Positions 20,315-30,392 are shown, numbered from the stretch's first letter. The stretch: 64,000 bases of DNA from an uncultured Rubrivirga sp. (GCA_964385255.1 CAYLOH010000001.1:58792-122791), one strand, 5' to 3'. Made by a program: numbers and translations. The notes: a model not told the origin generated them from the letters alone.

Positions 20315-20353
20315 GCGGCGCGCACAGACCTACGAGCCAAAGGTGGAATCCAC

Positions 20354-21196
20354 GTGTCCGATGTCAGTTATCGACTGAACCGGTTGTTCAACGCTGAATC
20401 GGGGCGTTGCCTGGATGTTGCGATCGACCACGGATTCTTCGGCGAGCGACACTTCTTGAACGGTATCGAGAATCTCCAAACAGCCATCGACACTCTCGTG
20501 GATGCAGCCCCCGACGCCATCCAGCTAACCCAGGGTCAAGCCCCGAAGCTGCAAAGGCACAAGGGTCGCCAGCGTCCGGCTTTGGTGATGCGAACAGATG
20601 TTGCAAATGTGTATGGGGCACCGCTACCAGACCACATGTTCTCGCTGATGATTCCCGAGCCGGCTAAGCGAGGTGTTCAACTTGACGCCGCGATCATCGT
20701 CGTCAACCTGCTCGATCTTCCTGGGCGACCGGAGGTCCGCGAGGCTTGCGTCCAGAACGTTTTGGAGGCCAAGGCCGACTGTGAGAAGTACGGCATGCCG
20801 CTGATGGTCGAACCATTGGTTATGAAGCCGGTCACCGCGGACGGGACCACCGGGTACACGGTCAACGGTGATCTCGACTTGATTCTCCCGATCGTCCGTC
20901 AAGCAGTGGAGTTGGGTGCTGACGTGATCAAGGCCGATCCCACAGACGATCCCACGGACTATCACCTTGTCGTTCAGATCGCTGGTGACATTCCCGTTCT
21001 CGTTCGAGGCGGAGGTCGCGTTCCCGACCGCGAACTGCTCGAGCGCACGGCGGTCGTCCTCGAACAGGGCGCAGCTGGAATCGTGTACGGGCGCAACATC
21101 GTCCAACACGACAATCCCGCAGGGATCACGCGAGCCCTCATGGCGATGTTGCACGCAGGTGCATCGGTGGACGAAGCGGAGAAGTTGATCGCATGA
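20354..21196 (+). CDS. Class I aldolase, DhnA/LsrF-type (DeoC/LacD superfamily)
   Basis: 280 aa. Has LDVAIDHG at the N-terminus and a Schiff-base lysine context GADVIKADP. GTG start preceded by AAAGGTGG. Confidence 0.75.
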   Translation: MSDVSYRLNRLFNAESGRCLDVAIDHGFFGERHFLNGIENLQTAIDTLVDAAPDAIQLTQGQAPKLQRHKGRQRPALVMRTDVANVYGAPLPDHMFSLMIPEPAKRGVQLDAAIIVVNLLDLPGRPEVREACVQNVLEAKADCEKYGMPLMVEPLVMKPVTADGTTGYTVNGDLDLILPIVRQAVELGADVIKADPTDDPTDYHLVVQIAGDIPVLVRGGGRVPDRELLERTAVVLEQGAAGIVYGRNIVQHDNPAGITRALMAMLHAGASVDEAEKLIA

Positions 21197-22326
21197 CCGA
21201 CGTGCGAATCGGGATCATCGGCGGCGGCCTGATGGGACGGGAACTTGCCGCCGTCTGTGGACGCTGGCTGCATCTGGTCGACCATCCCGTGCGTCCGTCG
21301 GTCGTCGCGGTCGCGGACCTGAACCCCGCGGCATTGAGTTGGTTCGAGCAGGTCCCGACGATCGAGACACTGACCGACTCATGGCGACAACTGGTGGAGG
21401 ATCCATCCCTGGACGTTCTCTACATCGCCGTGCCGCACGATGCCCACGAGGAGATCTACACGGCAGCGGCGGCCGCAGGTAAGGACTTCCTGGCCGAGAA
21501 GCCGTTCGGCATCGATCTCGCTGCCGCTGAGCGAATCGCCGAGGCCGTCGACTCCGCCGGCGTCTTCGTTCGCGTGAGTAGTGAGATGCCGTTCTTCCCT
21601 GGAGCGCTCCGCGCCTTCGACTTCGCGCGCAGCGGAGCGCTGGGCGAGATCATCGAGGTGCGCTCCGCCTTCTTGCATTCCTCGGACATCGACCGAGCCA
21701 AGCCCATCAATTGGAAGCGGCGAAGTCAGACCTGTGGAGCCATTGGCGTGATGGGTGATCTCGGTTTGCACGTCGCGCATGTTCCCTTGCGCCTGGGCTA
21801 CGCACCATCCGCAATCTACGCACTCCTCGAAGACATAGTCACCGAACGCCCTGCGTCAGCGGGATCCAGCGAGAAAGTGCGCTGCGATACGTGGGACAAC
21901 GCGCTCATCACCATGCGAGGTCGTCAATCGACCACCGATCGCACGTTCCCCATGGTGTGGGAGACCAAGCGCATCGCCCCGGGAAACATGAATACCTGGG
22001 TCTTCGAAGCCCAGGGCATGGATGGCGGTGTTCGCTTCAGCACGCGCACTCCTGCGTATTTCGAGCGTTTCCGTCGTGACGGCAGTGAACAGATCTGGGA
22101 ACAGATCCAGCCTGGCAATGTGTCGGCTTGGCCCATGGTGAGCGGAGCGATATTCGAGTTCGGCTTCGCGGACGCGCTCTTGCAGATGTGGGCCAGTTTC
22201 TTGGCCGAGAGAGCAGGCGCACTCGGCGACTCCTTCGGTACGGCCACAGTGGCGGAAGTAGTCGAATCGCACCGCGTATTCGACGCGGCAGCTCGCTCGA
22301 GCGCGGAACGCAGGGCCATCGACTGA
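21193..22326 (+). CDS. Gfo/Idh/MocA-family NAD(P) oxidoreductase
   Basis: Has the N-terminal Rossmann motif RIGIIGGGLMG and an EKP motif (FLAEKPF). ATGA overlap with the aldolase gene. Confidence 0.8.
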   Translation: MTDVRIGIIGGGLMGRELAAVCGRWLHLVDHPVRPSVVAVADLNPAALSWFEQVPTIETLTDSWRQLVEDPSLDVLYIAVPHDAHEEIYTAAAAAGKDFLAEKPFGIDLAAAERIAEAVDSAGVFVRVSSEMPFFPGALRAFDFARSGALGEIIEVRSAFLHSSDIDRAKPINWKRRSQTCGAIGVMGDLGLHVAHVPLRLGYAPSAIYALLEDIVTERPASAGSSEKVRCDTWDNALITMRGRQSTTDRTFPMVWETKRIAPGNMNTWVFEAQGMDGGVRFSTRTPAYFERFRRDGSEQIWEQIQPGNVSAWPMVSGAIFEFGFADALLQMWASFLAERAGALGDSFGTATVAEVVESHRVFDAAARSSAERRAID

Positions 22327-22328
22327 GG

Positions 22329-23597
22329 ATGCGTTCCCTCGGGCGTGCCATTCGAAGGACGCCCCTCCTTGCAGATCTACCGCGGGAGGTGGCGGTCCTC
22401 GCGACGATCGCCTTCTTCGTGGCACTGGGTTTCGGGATATTGATCCCCTCGCTGCCGATCTTCGCGAGCACGTTCGGTGTGAACGCCTTCCAAGCGGGAA
22501 TCGTGATTTCGGTCTTCGCGTTGGTCCGCTTCGTCACATCTCCTCTCGCCGGTGTAATGGTGAACAAATTCGGTGAGCGCTTGGTTCTCAGCAGCGGACT
22601 GTTCATCGTCGCCATTTCCTCACTGGCTGCCGGCTTCTCCCAAAGCTACGGCCAGCTGCTCGTTCTGCGCGGCGCCGGAGGACTGGGGTCCTCGATGTTC
22701 ACTGTGTCCGCGATGGCCCTGCTCCTTCGAGTGGTCTCCTCCCAACAACGCGGACGCGCATCGAGCGCCTTCCAAGGCGGGTTTCTCTTCGGTGGTGTGG
22801 CCGGCCCAGCGGTGGGTGGCCTCGTGGTGGCGTGGTCCATCCGAGCACCGTTCTTCGTGTATGCCGCGACCTTGCTAGTCGCGACAGCCGTGTCCTTGCT
22901 CTTCCTGTCTCGCGTGCGGCTGCACGACCTCGAGGAGGAGATCTCGGGTGGACGAGCGAGCAGACTCGAGGAGCTTCGAGCAGCACTCAAGGACAAGGCC
23001 TACCAAGCGGCCATCGGCAGCAACCTGATCACCGGGTTCGTGATCTTCGGGCTTCGCTCCTCCGTCGTCCCACTGTTCGTGATCGAGGGCCTGCAACGTG
23101 GTGCATCGCTGTCCGGCGTCGGGTTCCTCGTCGCGGCCGGGATCCAGGCGGTCTTCCTTCTGCCCGCAGGTCGACTTGCGGATACCCGAGGGCGCCGACC
23201 GGCGCTGCTTTTCGGGACGATCTCCACGGCCATCGGCATGGCTCTGCTCGCGCTGTCCGATCTAGCCGCCAACACGCTGGGAACGGCCGGGTTGGCAGGT
23301 GTCGTCCTGTTCCTCATGGCAATGGCCGTGCAAGGGTTCGGCGGGGCGTTCATGGGGTCCGCACCAGCAGCACTCGTGGGTGACATCATGGGTGGGCGCA
23401 AGGGAGGCGTCGTCATCGCGACCTTCCAGATGATGTCCGACGTGGGAGCGATAGTGGGTCCGTTGATCGCAGGTCTGCTCGTCGATGCATTCGATTACGA
23501 CTGGGCCTTCTTCGCTGGAGCCGTCTTGGCCCTCGTCCCCATCGTTCTGGTCGTTCGCATGCGTGAAACCCTGGTGCGCACAGGGGCTGCCGGATGA
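22329..23597 (+). CDS. MFS transporter
   Basis: Starts at ATG 22329 and has 12 TM helices. The upstream 67 codons of the tracked ORF overlap the oxidoreductase gene and are discarded. Confidence 0.8.
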   Translation: MRSLGRAIRRTPLLADLPREVAVLATIAFFVALGFGILIPSLPIFASTFGVNAFQAGIVISVFALVRFVTSPLAGVMVNKFGERLVLSSGLFIVAISSLAAGFSQSYGQLLVLRGAGGLGSSMFTVSAMALLLRVVSSQQRGRASSAFQGGFLFGGVAGPAVGGLVVAWSIRAPFFVYAATLLVATAVSLLFLSRVRLHDLEEEISGGRASRLEELRAALKDKAYQAAIGSNLITGFVIFGLRSSVVPLFVIEGLQRGASLSGVGFLVAAGIQAVFLLPAGRLADTRGRRPALLFGTISTAIGMALLALSDLAANTLGTAGLAGVVLFLMAMAVQGFGGAFMGSAPAALVGDIMGGRKGGVVIATFQMMSDVGAIVGPLIAGLLVDAFDYDWAFFAGAVLALVPIVLVVRMRETLVRTGAAG

Positions 23598-25252
23598 GGC
23601 AGGGCCACACCAGACGGCGAACGCTCACCGCCGTCACGAGCCTGCTCACCGTCCTGGCGGTCATCGCCGGTTTTCTCGCGCTCGGTGAGTACGGCTCTCG
23701 ACTGTCCCCGGCCTCGGCGGCGCCTTCACCGTCGGTCGACCGGACAGGGGCCATCGACGCACTGGGTGGAGAGCCCATCATCGACCCGGTCGAGCAGCCA
23801 ACCGACCTGCCCACCGCTCCTTCTATCCCGACTTTCCGCAACGTAGTGATGGTTCTGGCCGACGATCTCGATTGGACACTTTTCGATCAGATCCCGCGAT
23901 TGGCGGCTTTGAAGGACAAAGGAATGACGTTCACCAACCACACGGTGGTGGATTCGCTCTGCTGCCCCTCACGCGTGACGATCCTGCGGTCCCAGTACAT
24001 CCACAATCACAAGGTCATCTCGAACATCGAAGCCACCGGTGGCGGGTGGCCGACGTTCCAGCGACTCGGTGAACACAAGGACAACCTTCCCGTCTGGCTC
24101 TCCCGGGCTGGAGTCACCACCGCGCTCTTCGGCAAGTACTTGAACGAGTACCCCACACGACCCGGAGGTATTCGGTACGTGCCTCCGGGCTGGGATGAGT
24201 GGGCGGTCCCCATATCGCGGGGGGACTCATACTCCGGCTACAACTACACACTCAATGACAACGGTGAATTGGTTCGCTACGGGACGAAGCCAGAGGATTT
24301 CCTGAACGACGTTCTGAACGACAAGGCTCGCTCATTCATCTCGCAGACCGACGAACCTTTCTTCCTGTACCTGTCGACGTACAGTCCGCATAAGCCGTTC
24401 GCCACCGCGCCGCGCCATCTGGGGACGCACCTCGGAACTGTTGCGCCTCGAACACCCGCCTTCAACTCGATCGGAGAGAACGAGCCGAGGTGGCTTCGCA
24501 AGTTTCCACGTCTTGAAGACTGGAAGTTGTCCCGGCTGGACAAGACCTGGCGCAAACGAGCCCAGTCCGCAGAAACCGTCGCAGACTCCGTCGACACTGT
24601 CCTGGCGCAACTAGCTGCAACCGGCAAAGACAAGGACACTCTGGTGGTCGTGACGACGGACAACGGCTACCACGTGGGCAAGTACCGCATGCCCAAGGGA
24701 AAGCGCACTCCTTACGCAACCGACACGGTTGTCCCGATGATCGCCATCGGTCCGGGGATTCCTGCGGGCGTGACAGTGGATGCGATGACATCGACGATCG
24801 ACCTCGCCCCCACCTTCACTGAGGTCCTCGGTGCTCGCGTGCCAGCGTGGATCGACGGACGCTCTTTGGTTCCGTTCCTTGGCACGGGTGGCACTCCGGC
24901 CAATTGGCGTAATGCGGCTTTGTCCGAGTCGATCGGCGAGACGAAGAAGTCGGATCCGGACTACCTGCCCTTCATTCCCCCGCCATTCTCGGCGCTACGC
25001 ACGCAGCGCTGGATGTACGTCGAGTACGCCGATGGCAGCCGAGCGTTGTACGACCAGGTGACCGACCCCTACGAACTGCGCAACATCGTGGATTCGGTCG
25101 ATCCGGCGTTCGTCCGTGCGCTGAGCGCCCAGCTCACCCAACTCGAAAGGTGCGCGGGGCCGTCGTGTCGTCAAGCGGATGCCATAACGATCACCGATCC
25201 GCTACCGCAGCTCGGCGATCCAGTGCAGCCTGCACCCTTGCCGACTCCCTAG
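23594..25252 (+). CDS. Secreted or anchored Cys-type sulfatase (N-acetylglucosamine-6-sulfatase-like)
   Basis: Has an N-terminal RRR-containing signal/anchor. The segment VMVLADDLDW...SLCCPSRVTILRSQYIHNH carries the C-x-P-S-R formylglycine motif. Confidence 0.85.
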   Translation: MRQGHTRRRTLTAVTSLLTVLAVIAGFLALGEYGSRLSPASAAPSPSVDRTGAIDALGGEPIIDPVEQPTDLPTAPSIPTFRNVVMVLADDLDWTLFDQIPRLAALKDKGMTFTNHTVVDSLCCPSRVTILRSQYIHNHKVISNIEATGGGWPTFQRLGEHKDNLPVWLSRAGVTTALFGKYLNEYPTRPGGIRYVPPGWDEWAVPISRGDSYSGYNYTLNDNGELVRYGTKPEDFLNDVLNDKARSFISQTDEPFFLYLSTYSPHKPFATAPRHLGTHLGTVAPRTPAFNSIGENEPRWLRKFPRLEDWKLSRLDKTWRKRAQSAETVADSVDTVLAQLAATGKDKDTLVVVTTDNGYHVGKYRMPKGKRTPYATDTVVPMIAIGPGIPAGVTVDAMTSTIDLAPTFTEVLGARVPAWIDGRSLVPFLGTGGTPANWRNAALSESIGETKKSDPDYLPFIPPPFSALRTQRWMYVEYADGSRALYDQVTDPYELRNIVDSVDPAFVRALSAQLTQLERCAGPSCRQADAITITDPLPQLGDPVQPAPLPTP

Positions 25253-25259
25253 TCGGGTC

Positions 25260-26411
25260 CTAGGCGAGAGCCTTCTCGAGGTCGCCGACCAGATCCTCGG
25301 CGTCTTCGATCCCGACGCTCAAGCGGACCAGATCACCGGGTACTTCCAGAGGACTTCCGGCTGCCGAAGCATGGGTCATCCGACCAGGGTGTTCGATCAG
25401 GGATTCCACGCCCCCGAGGGACTCGCCGAGAGTGAAGACCTGCGTACGCCCACAGACGTCCACCGCAGCCCGCTCGCCGCCAACCACCCGGAACGAGACC
25501 ATGCCTCCGAAGTCGCGCATCTGTCGGACCGCGACGTCGTGCCCTGGATGGGATTCGAGGCCGGGCCACAGCACCGCCCCGACACTGGGGTGGTCACTCA
25601 AGAACTCGACGACCGCTCGCGCATTGGCCGAATGACGATCCATTCGCACGCCCAGAGTCTTGATACCGCGAAGCACCAACCAGCAGTCGAATGGCCCAGG
25701 GACCGCACCCATCGCGTTTTGATGGAATGCCAGGCGTTCAGCCAATTCCGAATTGCGAACGACGAGGGCACCACCAATCACGTCGCTGTGCCCTCCGAGG
25801 TACTTGGTGGTCGAGTGCACCACGACGTCGGCTCCTAGGAGCAACGGTTGCTGAAGATAGGGCGAAGCGAAAGTGTTGTCGACCACCAACAGCGCACCGG
25901 CATCGTGTGCGACGTCGGCGATAGCTGCAATGTCGGCGACGTTCAGTAGCGGATTGGTGGGCGTTTCTATCCACACGAGCTTGGTGCGTCCCGGTTGGAT
26001 AGCCGCGGCGATGGCGTGCGGGTCGGTCACCGGCGCGGGCGTGTGCTCGACACCCCAGGGCGCCGCGACTTTGGCGAAAAGCCGATACGTGCCACCGTAG
26101 GCGTCGTCGGGGATCACCGCGTGGGTACCCGGTGCCGTGATGGTGCGGATAAGGGTGTCTTCGGCCGCCAACCCAGATGCGAATGCCAATGCCCGTGCCT
26201 CGGGAATCTCAGGTGCCTCCAGGCTCGCGAGACACTCCTCGAGTGCGGTGCGAGTCGGATTCCCACTTCGCGAGTACTCGTACCCGTTTCGAAGGCCGCC
26301 CACGCCGTCCTGGGCATAGGTCGACACCTGATAGATCGGGGGCACCACGGCGCCGGTCAGCGGGTCGGGCTCTTGCCCTGCGTGAATTGCCCGAGTGTTG
26401 AATCCGTCCAC
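25260..26411 (-). CDS. metB: Cystathionine gamma-synthase/lyase (Cys/Met PLP family)
   Basis: Has the PLP lysine motif HSTTKYLGGHSDVIGG and is 383 aa long. Confidence 0.88.
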   Translation of the reverse strand: MDGFNTRAIHAGQEPDPLTGAVVPPIYQVSTYAQDGVGGLRNGYEYSRSGNPTRTALEECLASLEAPEIPEARALAFASGLAAEDTLIRTITAPGTHAVIPDDAYGGTYRLFAKVAAPWGVEHTPAPVTDPHAIAAAIQPGRTKLVWIETPTNPLLNVADIAAIADVAHDAGALLVVDNTFASPYLQQPLLLGADVVVHSTTKYLGGHSDVIGGALVVRNSELAERLAFHQNAMGAVPGPFDCWLVLRGIKTLGVRMDRHSANARAVVEFLSDHPSVGAVLWPGLESHPGHDVAVRQMRDFGGMVSFRVVGGERAAVDVCGRTQVFTLGESLGGVESLIEHPGRMTHASAAGSPLEVPGDLVRLSVGIEDAEDLVGDLEKALA

Positions 26412-26456
26412 AACGATTACCCTAAACCCGTGTTCGGATTCGGAGCGAAGTCACGC

Positions 26457-27083
26457 ATGGTGGACGCTGACACGGCCCTGCCGGGCCGACACGAGCCCAT
26501 CTTCACCGTGCCCTCAACACACGCCGTATTCGGAACGGACATGCAGCCCGAGGGGTCGGACATCACTGGCATCTATCTAGCGATGGGGTGCTTTTGGGGT
26601 GCCGAGGAGATCTATTGGCGGCTGCCGGGAGTGATCGCGACGTCCGTCGGTTACATGGGTGGCTTCACGCCGAATCCGACCTACGAGGAGGTGTGCACCG
26701 GCATGACCGGCCACACCGAGACGGTCTTCGTGGGCTACCGGAGCGACGAACTCGGCACCTACGACATCCTCAAGGTGTTCTGGGAGAACCACGACCCAAC
26801 GCAGGGGTACCGCCAGGGCAACGACATCGGCACGCAGTACCGCAGCGCGATCTTCTACACCACAGACGAGCAGCGCGAACTCGCCGAGGCGACCCGCCAT
26901 GCATACGCCGAGGTCATAGCCGCGCGCGGATACCCGGACATCACCACCGAGATCCTGCCTGCTCGCGACTTCACCTACTTCCCCGCCGAGGACTACCACC
27001 AGCAGTACCTCTACAAGGTTCCGAACGGCTACCGATGCCACGCCAACACGGGTGTGGCGTTACCCGCGCTCTCAGTCGGCTAA
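26457..27083 (+). CDS. msrA: Peptide-methionine (S)-S-oxide reductase
   Basis: Starts at ATG 26457. Has the catalytic motif MGCFWGAE. The tracked 362-aa ORF is extended antisense into metB. Confidence 0.9.
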   Translation: MVDADTALPGRHEPIFTVPSTHAVFGTDMQPEGSDITGIYLAMGCFWGAEEIYWRLPGVIATSVGYMGGFTPNPTYEEVCTGMTGHTETVFVGYRSDELGTYDILKVFWENHDPTQGYRQGNDIGTQYRSAIFYTTDEQRELAEATRHAYAEVIAARGYPDITTEILPARDFTYFPAEDYHQQYLYKVPNGYRCHANTGVALPALSVG

Positions 27084-28448
27084 GTAGCCCAGTACGTCCT
27101 GTCGGGTCAATACGCCCACGGGACGCCCATCTTCGATCACCACGATGGCGTCACTCGACTGGAGTGCTTCGATGGCCGCTTGGATCGCCTCACTGGAGCC
27201 CACGATGGGTAGCGGCGGGGACATGTGCGCATCGACGGTATCCGCGAGTTTGGCCTTTCCGGTGAAGAGCTCGTCGAGGAGATCGCGTTCAACCACGGCA
27301 CCGACTATCTCCGCTGCCATGACCGGTGGTTCGGCTCGAACCACCGGTACTTGGGAGACGCCATACTCGCGCAGGATTCCGATCGCATCCGCGATGGTCT
27401 CCGTTGGGTGCGTGTGCACGAACGAGGGCAACTCGCTCGACTTTCCACGCAAGACGTCTCCCACGGTGCGGTCAGTGCTCGGAGGGAGGAAGCCGTAGGA
27501 CGCGAGCCACTCGTCATTGAACACCTTGCTCAAGTAGCCGCGCCCGGAGTCCGGAAGCAGAACCACGATGACGTCATCCGGCGAGGCCGTACTCGCCACC
27601 CGTAAGGCGGCGACCACGGCCATCCCGCAGGACCCTCCGACGAGCAGCCCTTCCTCGCGGGCCAGCCGCCGCGTCATCTGGAAGGCTTCGGCATCCGAGA
27701 CTGCGATCACTTCGTCGCAGATCTCGCGGTCGTACGTGGTGGGCCAGAAGTCCTCACCTACACCCTCGACCAAGTACGGACGACCCGTGCCACCGGAGTA
27801 CACCGATCCCTCGGGATCGGCTCCGATGATCCGCACCCGGCCGTTACTGGCTTCCTTGAGGTACCTACCCGTTCCGCTGATCGTGCCACCCGTGCCGACC
27901 CCCGCGACGAAGTGCGTGATGCGCCCATCCGTCTGCGCCCAGATTTCCGGACCGGTCACCTCGTAGTGCGAACGAGGGTTGTTCGGGTTGGAGTACTGGT
28001 CGGGTTTCCAACCGCCAGGGGTCTCGCGGGCCAAACGGTCGCTCACCGAGTAATAGGAGCGCGGGTCCTCCGGATCGACGGCGGTCGGGCACACCACGAC
28101 CTCCGCGCCATAGGCTCGTAGGACATTGCGCTTGTCCTCACTGACCTTGTCGGGGCACACGAAGATGCAGTGGTAGCCCCGTTGCTGCGCCACCATCGCC
28201 AGTCCCACACCCGTGTTGCCGCTCGTCGGCTCCACGATGGTCCCTCCGGGGGTGAGGAGGCCTTCCTTCTCGGCCGCGTCGATCATGCGCACCGCGATGC
28301 GGTCCTTGACCGAGCCGCCCGGGTTCACGTATTCGACCTTGGCGAGCACCAACGGACCTGGGTCGGACACCACGCCCTTGGTGACCTTGCTCAACCGAAC
28401 CAGGGGCGTGTTACCGATGAGGTCGATGACGGACTCCGCGTACTGCAT
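27072..28448 (-). CDS. cbs: Cystathionine beta-synthase (PLP domain plus tandem CBS domains)
   Basis: Has NPGGSVKDR (PLP lysine) and GTGGTISG, plus a C-terminal CBS pair. The 3' ends of cbs and msrA overlap by 12 nt. Confidence 0.88.
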   Translation of the reverse strand: MQYAESVIDLIGNTPLVRLSKVTKGVVSDPGPLVLAKVEYVNPGGSVKDRIAVRMIDAAEKEGLLTPGGTIVEPTSGNTGVGLAMVAQQRGYHCIFVCPDKVSEDKRNVLRAYGAEVVVCPTAVDPEDPRSYYSVSDRLARETPGGWKPDQYSNPNNPRSHYEVTGPEIWAQTDGRITHFVAGVGTGGTISGTGRYLKEASNGRVRIIGADPEGSVYSGGTGRPYLVEGVGEDFWPTTYDREICDEVIAVSDAEAFQMTRRLAREEGLLVGGSCGMAVVAALRVASTASPDDVIVVLLPDSGRGYLSKVFNDEWLASYGFLPPSTDRTVGDVLRGKSSELPSFVHTHPTETIADAIGILREYGVSQVPVVRAEPPVMAAEIVGAVVERDLLDELFTGKAKLADTVDAHMSPPLPIVGSSEAIQAAIEALQSSDAIVVIEDGRPVGVLTRQDVLGYLAD

Positions 28449-28479
28449 TAGGTAAGCCTATGCGGCCTAGGCTCTCGGT

Positions 28480-29193
28480 ATGGCCGGGGTAGTAGTCCAG
28501 ATCGCCCCCTCGCTCTTTCGCATTCCCACCCTCGGAGACTTCATCAACTCCTATGCGTTCCTCGACGCCGATGGCCAGGTGGCACTGGTGGACTGCGGAC
28601 TCAAGCGAGCCCCGGCACGGATCGTTCGCGCGCTGGCAGCTCTCGGCAAACATCCGCAGGACGTCACTCGAATAATCCTCACTCACGCACATCACGATCA
28701 CGCCGGTGGGGCTGCGGAACTTGTTGCGACGTCGAGTTCGCCGTCGGTTCTCGCACACCACGACGACGCGGGATTCCTACGCACCGGAACGTTGCCGCCG
28801 CGGGACGCTGCCTCGGGGCTCGGGCGGCTACTGCACCGGCTGCCCGGTGGTTCCTTCTCCCCCCTACAACATGTCGAGGAGTTGCGCGACGGCCACATTC
28901 TCGATGTGGCGGGCGGAGTGCAGGTCATCCACACACCCGGCCACACACCCGGCCACATCAGCTTGCTCCATCACGACTCCGGGACCCTCATCACCGGCGA
29001 CGCGATCTTCAACATGAACGCATCGATGACCTGGCCGTTGTCCGCCTTTTGCACTTCCTTCTCCCAAACAAAACTCACCGCCAACGTCTTGGCCGACCTC
29101 GACTACCGAACCGCTGCCTTCACCCATGGACCGGAGATTCGCGACACCGGCCGCGACGCTATTCGATCGTTCCTCTCGCGCAAGGCAGCTTGA
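28480..29193 (+). CDS. MBL-fold metallo-hydrolase
   Basis: Has the HxHxDH motif (THAHHDHAGG) and a downstream HTPGHTPGH. Confidence 0.8.
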   Translation: MAGVVVQIAPSLFRIPTLGDFINSYAFLDADGQVALVDCGLKRAPARIVRALAALGKHPQDVTRIILTHAHHDHAGGAAELVATSSSPSVLAHHDDAGFLRTGTLPPRDAASGLGRLLHRLPGGSFSPLQHVEELRDGHILDVAGGVQVIHTPGHTPGHISLLHHDSGTLITGDAIFNMNASMTWPLSAFCTSFSQTKLTANVLADLDYRTAAFTHGPEIRDTGRDAIRSFLSRKAA

Positions 29194-29195
29194 TC

Positions 29196-29510
29196 GTGGA
29201 ACCGGATTCGGTCACCGTGGAATCAGTCTCCGTGGAAATAGAGCGCGTTGCAGCACGATTGGACACACTGCCGATCACCAAGGTGGACGACGACGTGTGC
29301 TCGCTGGTTCAGGCATCGGCGGCGCGAATCGTCGCCCTCACCCACGACCCGCATCGGCCCGAGGGCTCGCAGTTACCGATCGTGGGACCCACAGCCCTCG
29401 CGGCACAGCTGCGTTTGGTCGTCCGCGACTACCTGGAAATGCGAACGGCGGCGTCCGAGGACGCCGCCGTTGCGCAGATCTTGATCGATCTTCGCCGATC
29501 GCTACCGTGA
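29196..29510 (+). CDS. Hypothetical protein
   Basis: 104 aa counted from GTG 29196, which lies 2 nt after the MBL stop. GC3-biased; no family recognised. Confidence 0.45.
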   Translation: MEPDSVTVESVSVEIERVAARLDTLPITKVDDDVCSLVQASAARIVALTHDPHRPEGSQLPIVGPTALAAQLRLVVRDYLEMRTAASEDAAVAQILIDLRRSLP

Positions 29511-30392
29511 CTAATCGCGCCCGGACAAGATGGCGAACATGCGCAGGAACTCCAGGTACAGCCACACGAGCGTGACCAGGAGGCCGAAGGACATCCGCCA
29601 CGATTCACGCTCGGGCAGTCCCATCGCGACACCTTGCTTGATCGCTTCGAAGTCCAGAGCCAGGAAGAACGCGGCGATGGCCACACCCGCGATAGAGATG
29701 ATGATGCCAATGCCGTCGACTCCGTAGAAGCCCCAACCGCCGCCAACACCGAACATAGCGGCAACCAGCGACGCGAGGGCGAGGACGATGTACGAGACGG
29801 CAGCCACCATGAGCACCTGGGTGAAGCGCTTGGTGACCTTGATGACCCCAGTCAGGTAGAGAGTGAGCATCACGCCGAAGGTCGTCATGGTGGCAACGAC
29901 GGCTTGGAGCACGATGCCGTCCCAGCCGTTGACGACGGCGTAGGAGTTGTACCAGTTGCTGATGCCACCGAGCATCAAGCCCTCGGCGACCGCAAAGATG
30001 ACCATGAGAGCCGGCGACACGTTCTTCTTGAGCGCGTTGACGAAACCGAGGGCGATCGCAGCGATGAACACCGGGAACATCAATCCCGGGGCGGCGGCGA
30101 TCAGGTTCCAGCCGACGAACGCGAAGACCACAACCAAGCCGAACATGATCGCCGACTTCACGACGACGTCGTTCAAGGTGACGCGGACGCCACCGCCCGC
30201 CGTGATCGTCTGGAAGCGGACGTCGTCATCGGTGGGGGGTGCACCTGCGGGCTGGGAGGCCGGCTGGGGGGCGGGCACCGCCGTGGGTGCCTCGCCGGCA
30301 GCCTGGGCGAAGGCCGATCGGCCCTCCGCGTAGGCGAATCCGGGGGCATCGGCCTTCTCATAGCGCGACAGGACAGGGTTATTCGTCTGCAT
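29511..30392 (-). CDS. Bax inhibitor-1/YccA-family membrane protein
   Basis: Starts at ATG 30392 (MQTNNPVLSRYE). Has a Pro/Ala-rich linker followed by 7 TM helices. The tracked N-terminal extension runs across the tRNA and is discarded. Confidence 0.8.
   Translation of the reverse strand: MQTNNPVLSRYEKADAPGFAYAEGRSAFAQAAGEAPTAVPAPQPASQPAGAPPTDDDVRFQTITAGGGVRVTLNDVVVKSAIMFGLVVVFAFVGWNLIAAAPGLMFPVFIAAIALGFVNALKKNVSPALMVIFAVAEGLMLGGISNWYNSYAVVNGWDGIVLQAVVATMTTFGVMLTLYLTGVIKVTKRFTQVLMVAAVSYIVLALASLVAAMFGVGGGWGFYGVDGIGIIISIAGVAIAAFFLALDFEAIKQGVAMGLPERESWRMSFGLLVTLVWLYLEFLRMFAILSGRD

Noticed and set aside
26412-26456. A SAM or other riboswitch controlling metB, or cbs at 28449-28479.
   Set aside because: The upstream gaps are only 45 and 31 nt, too short for any known sulfur-metabolism riboswitch.
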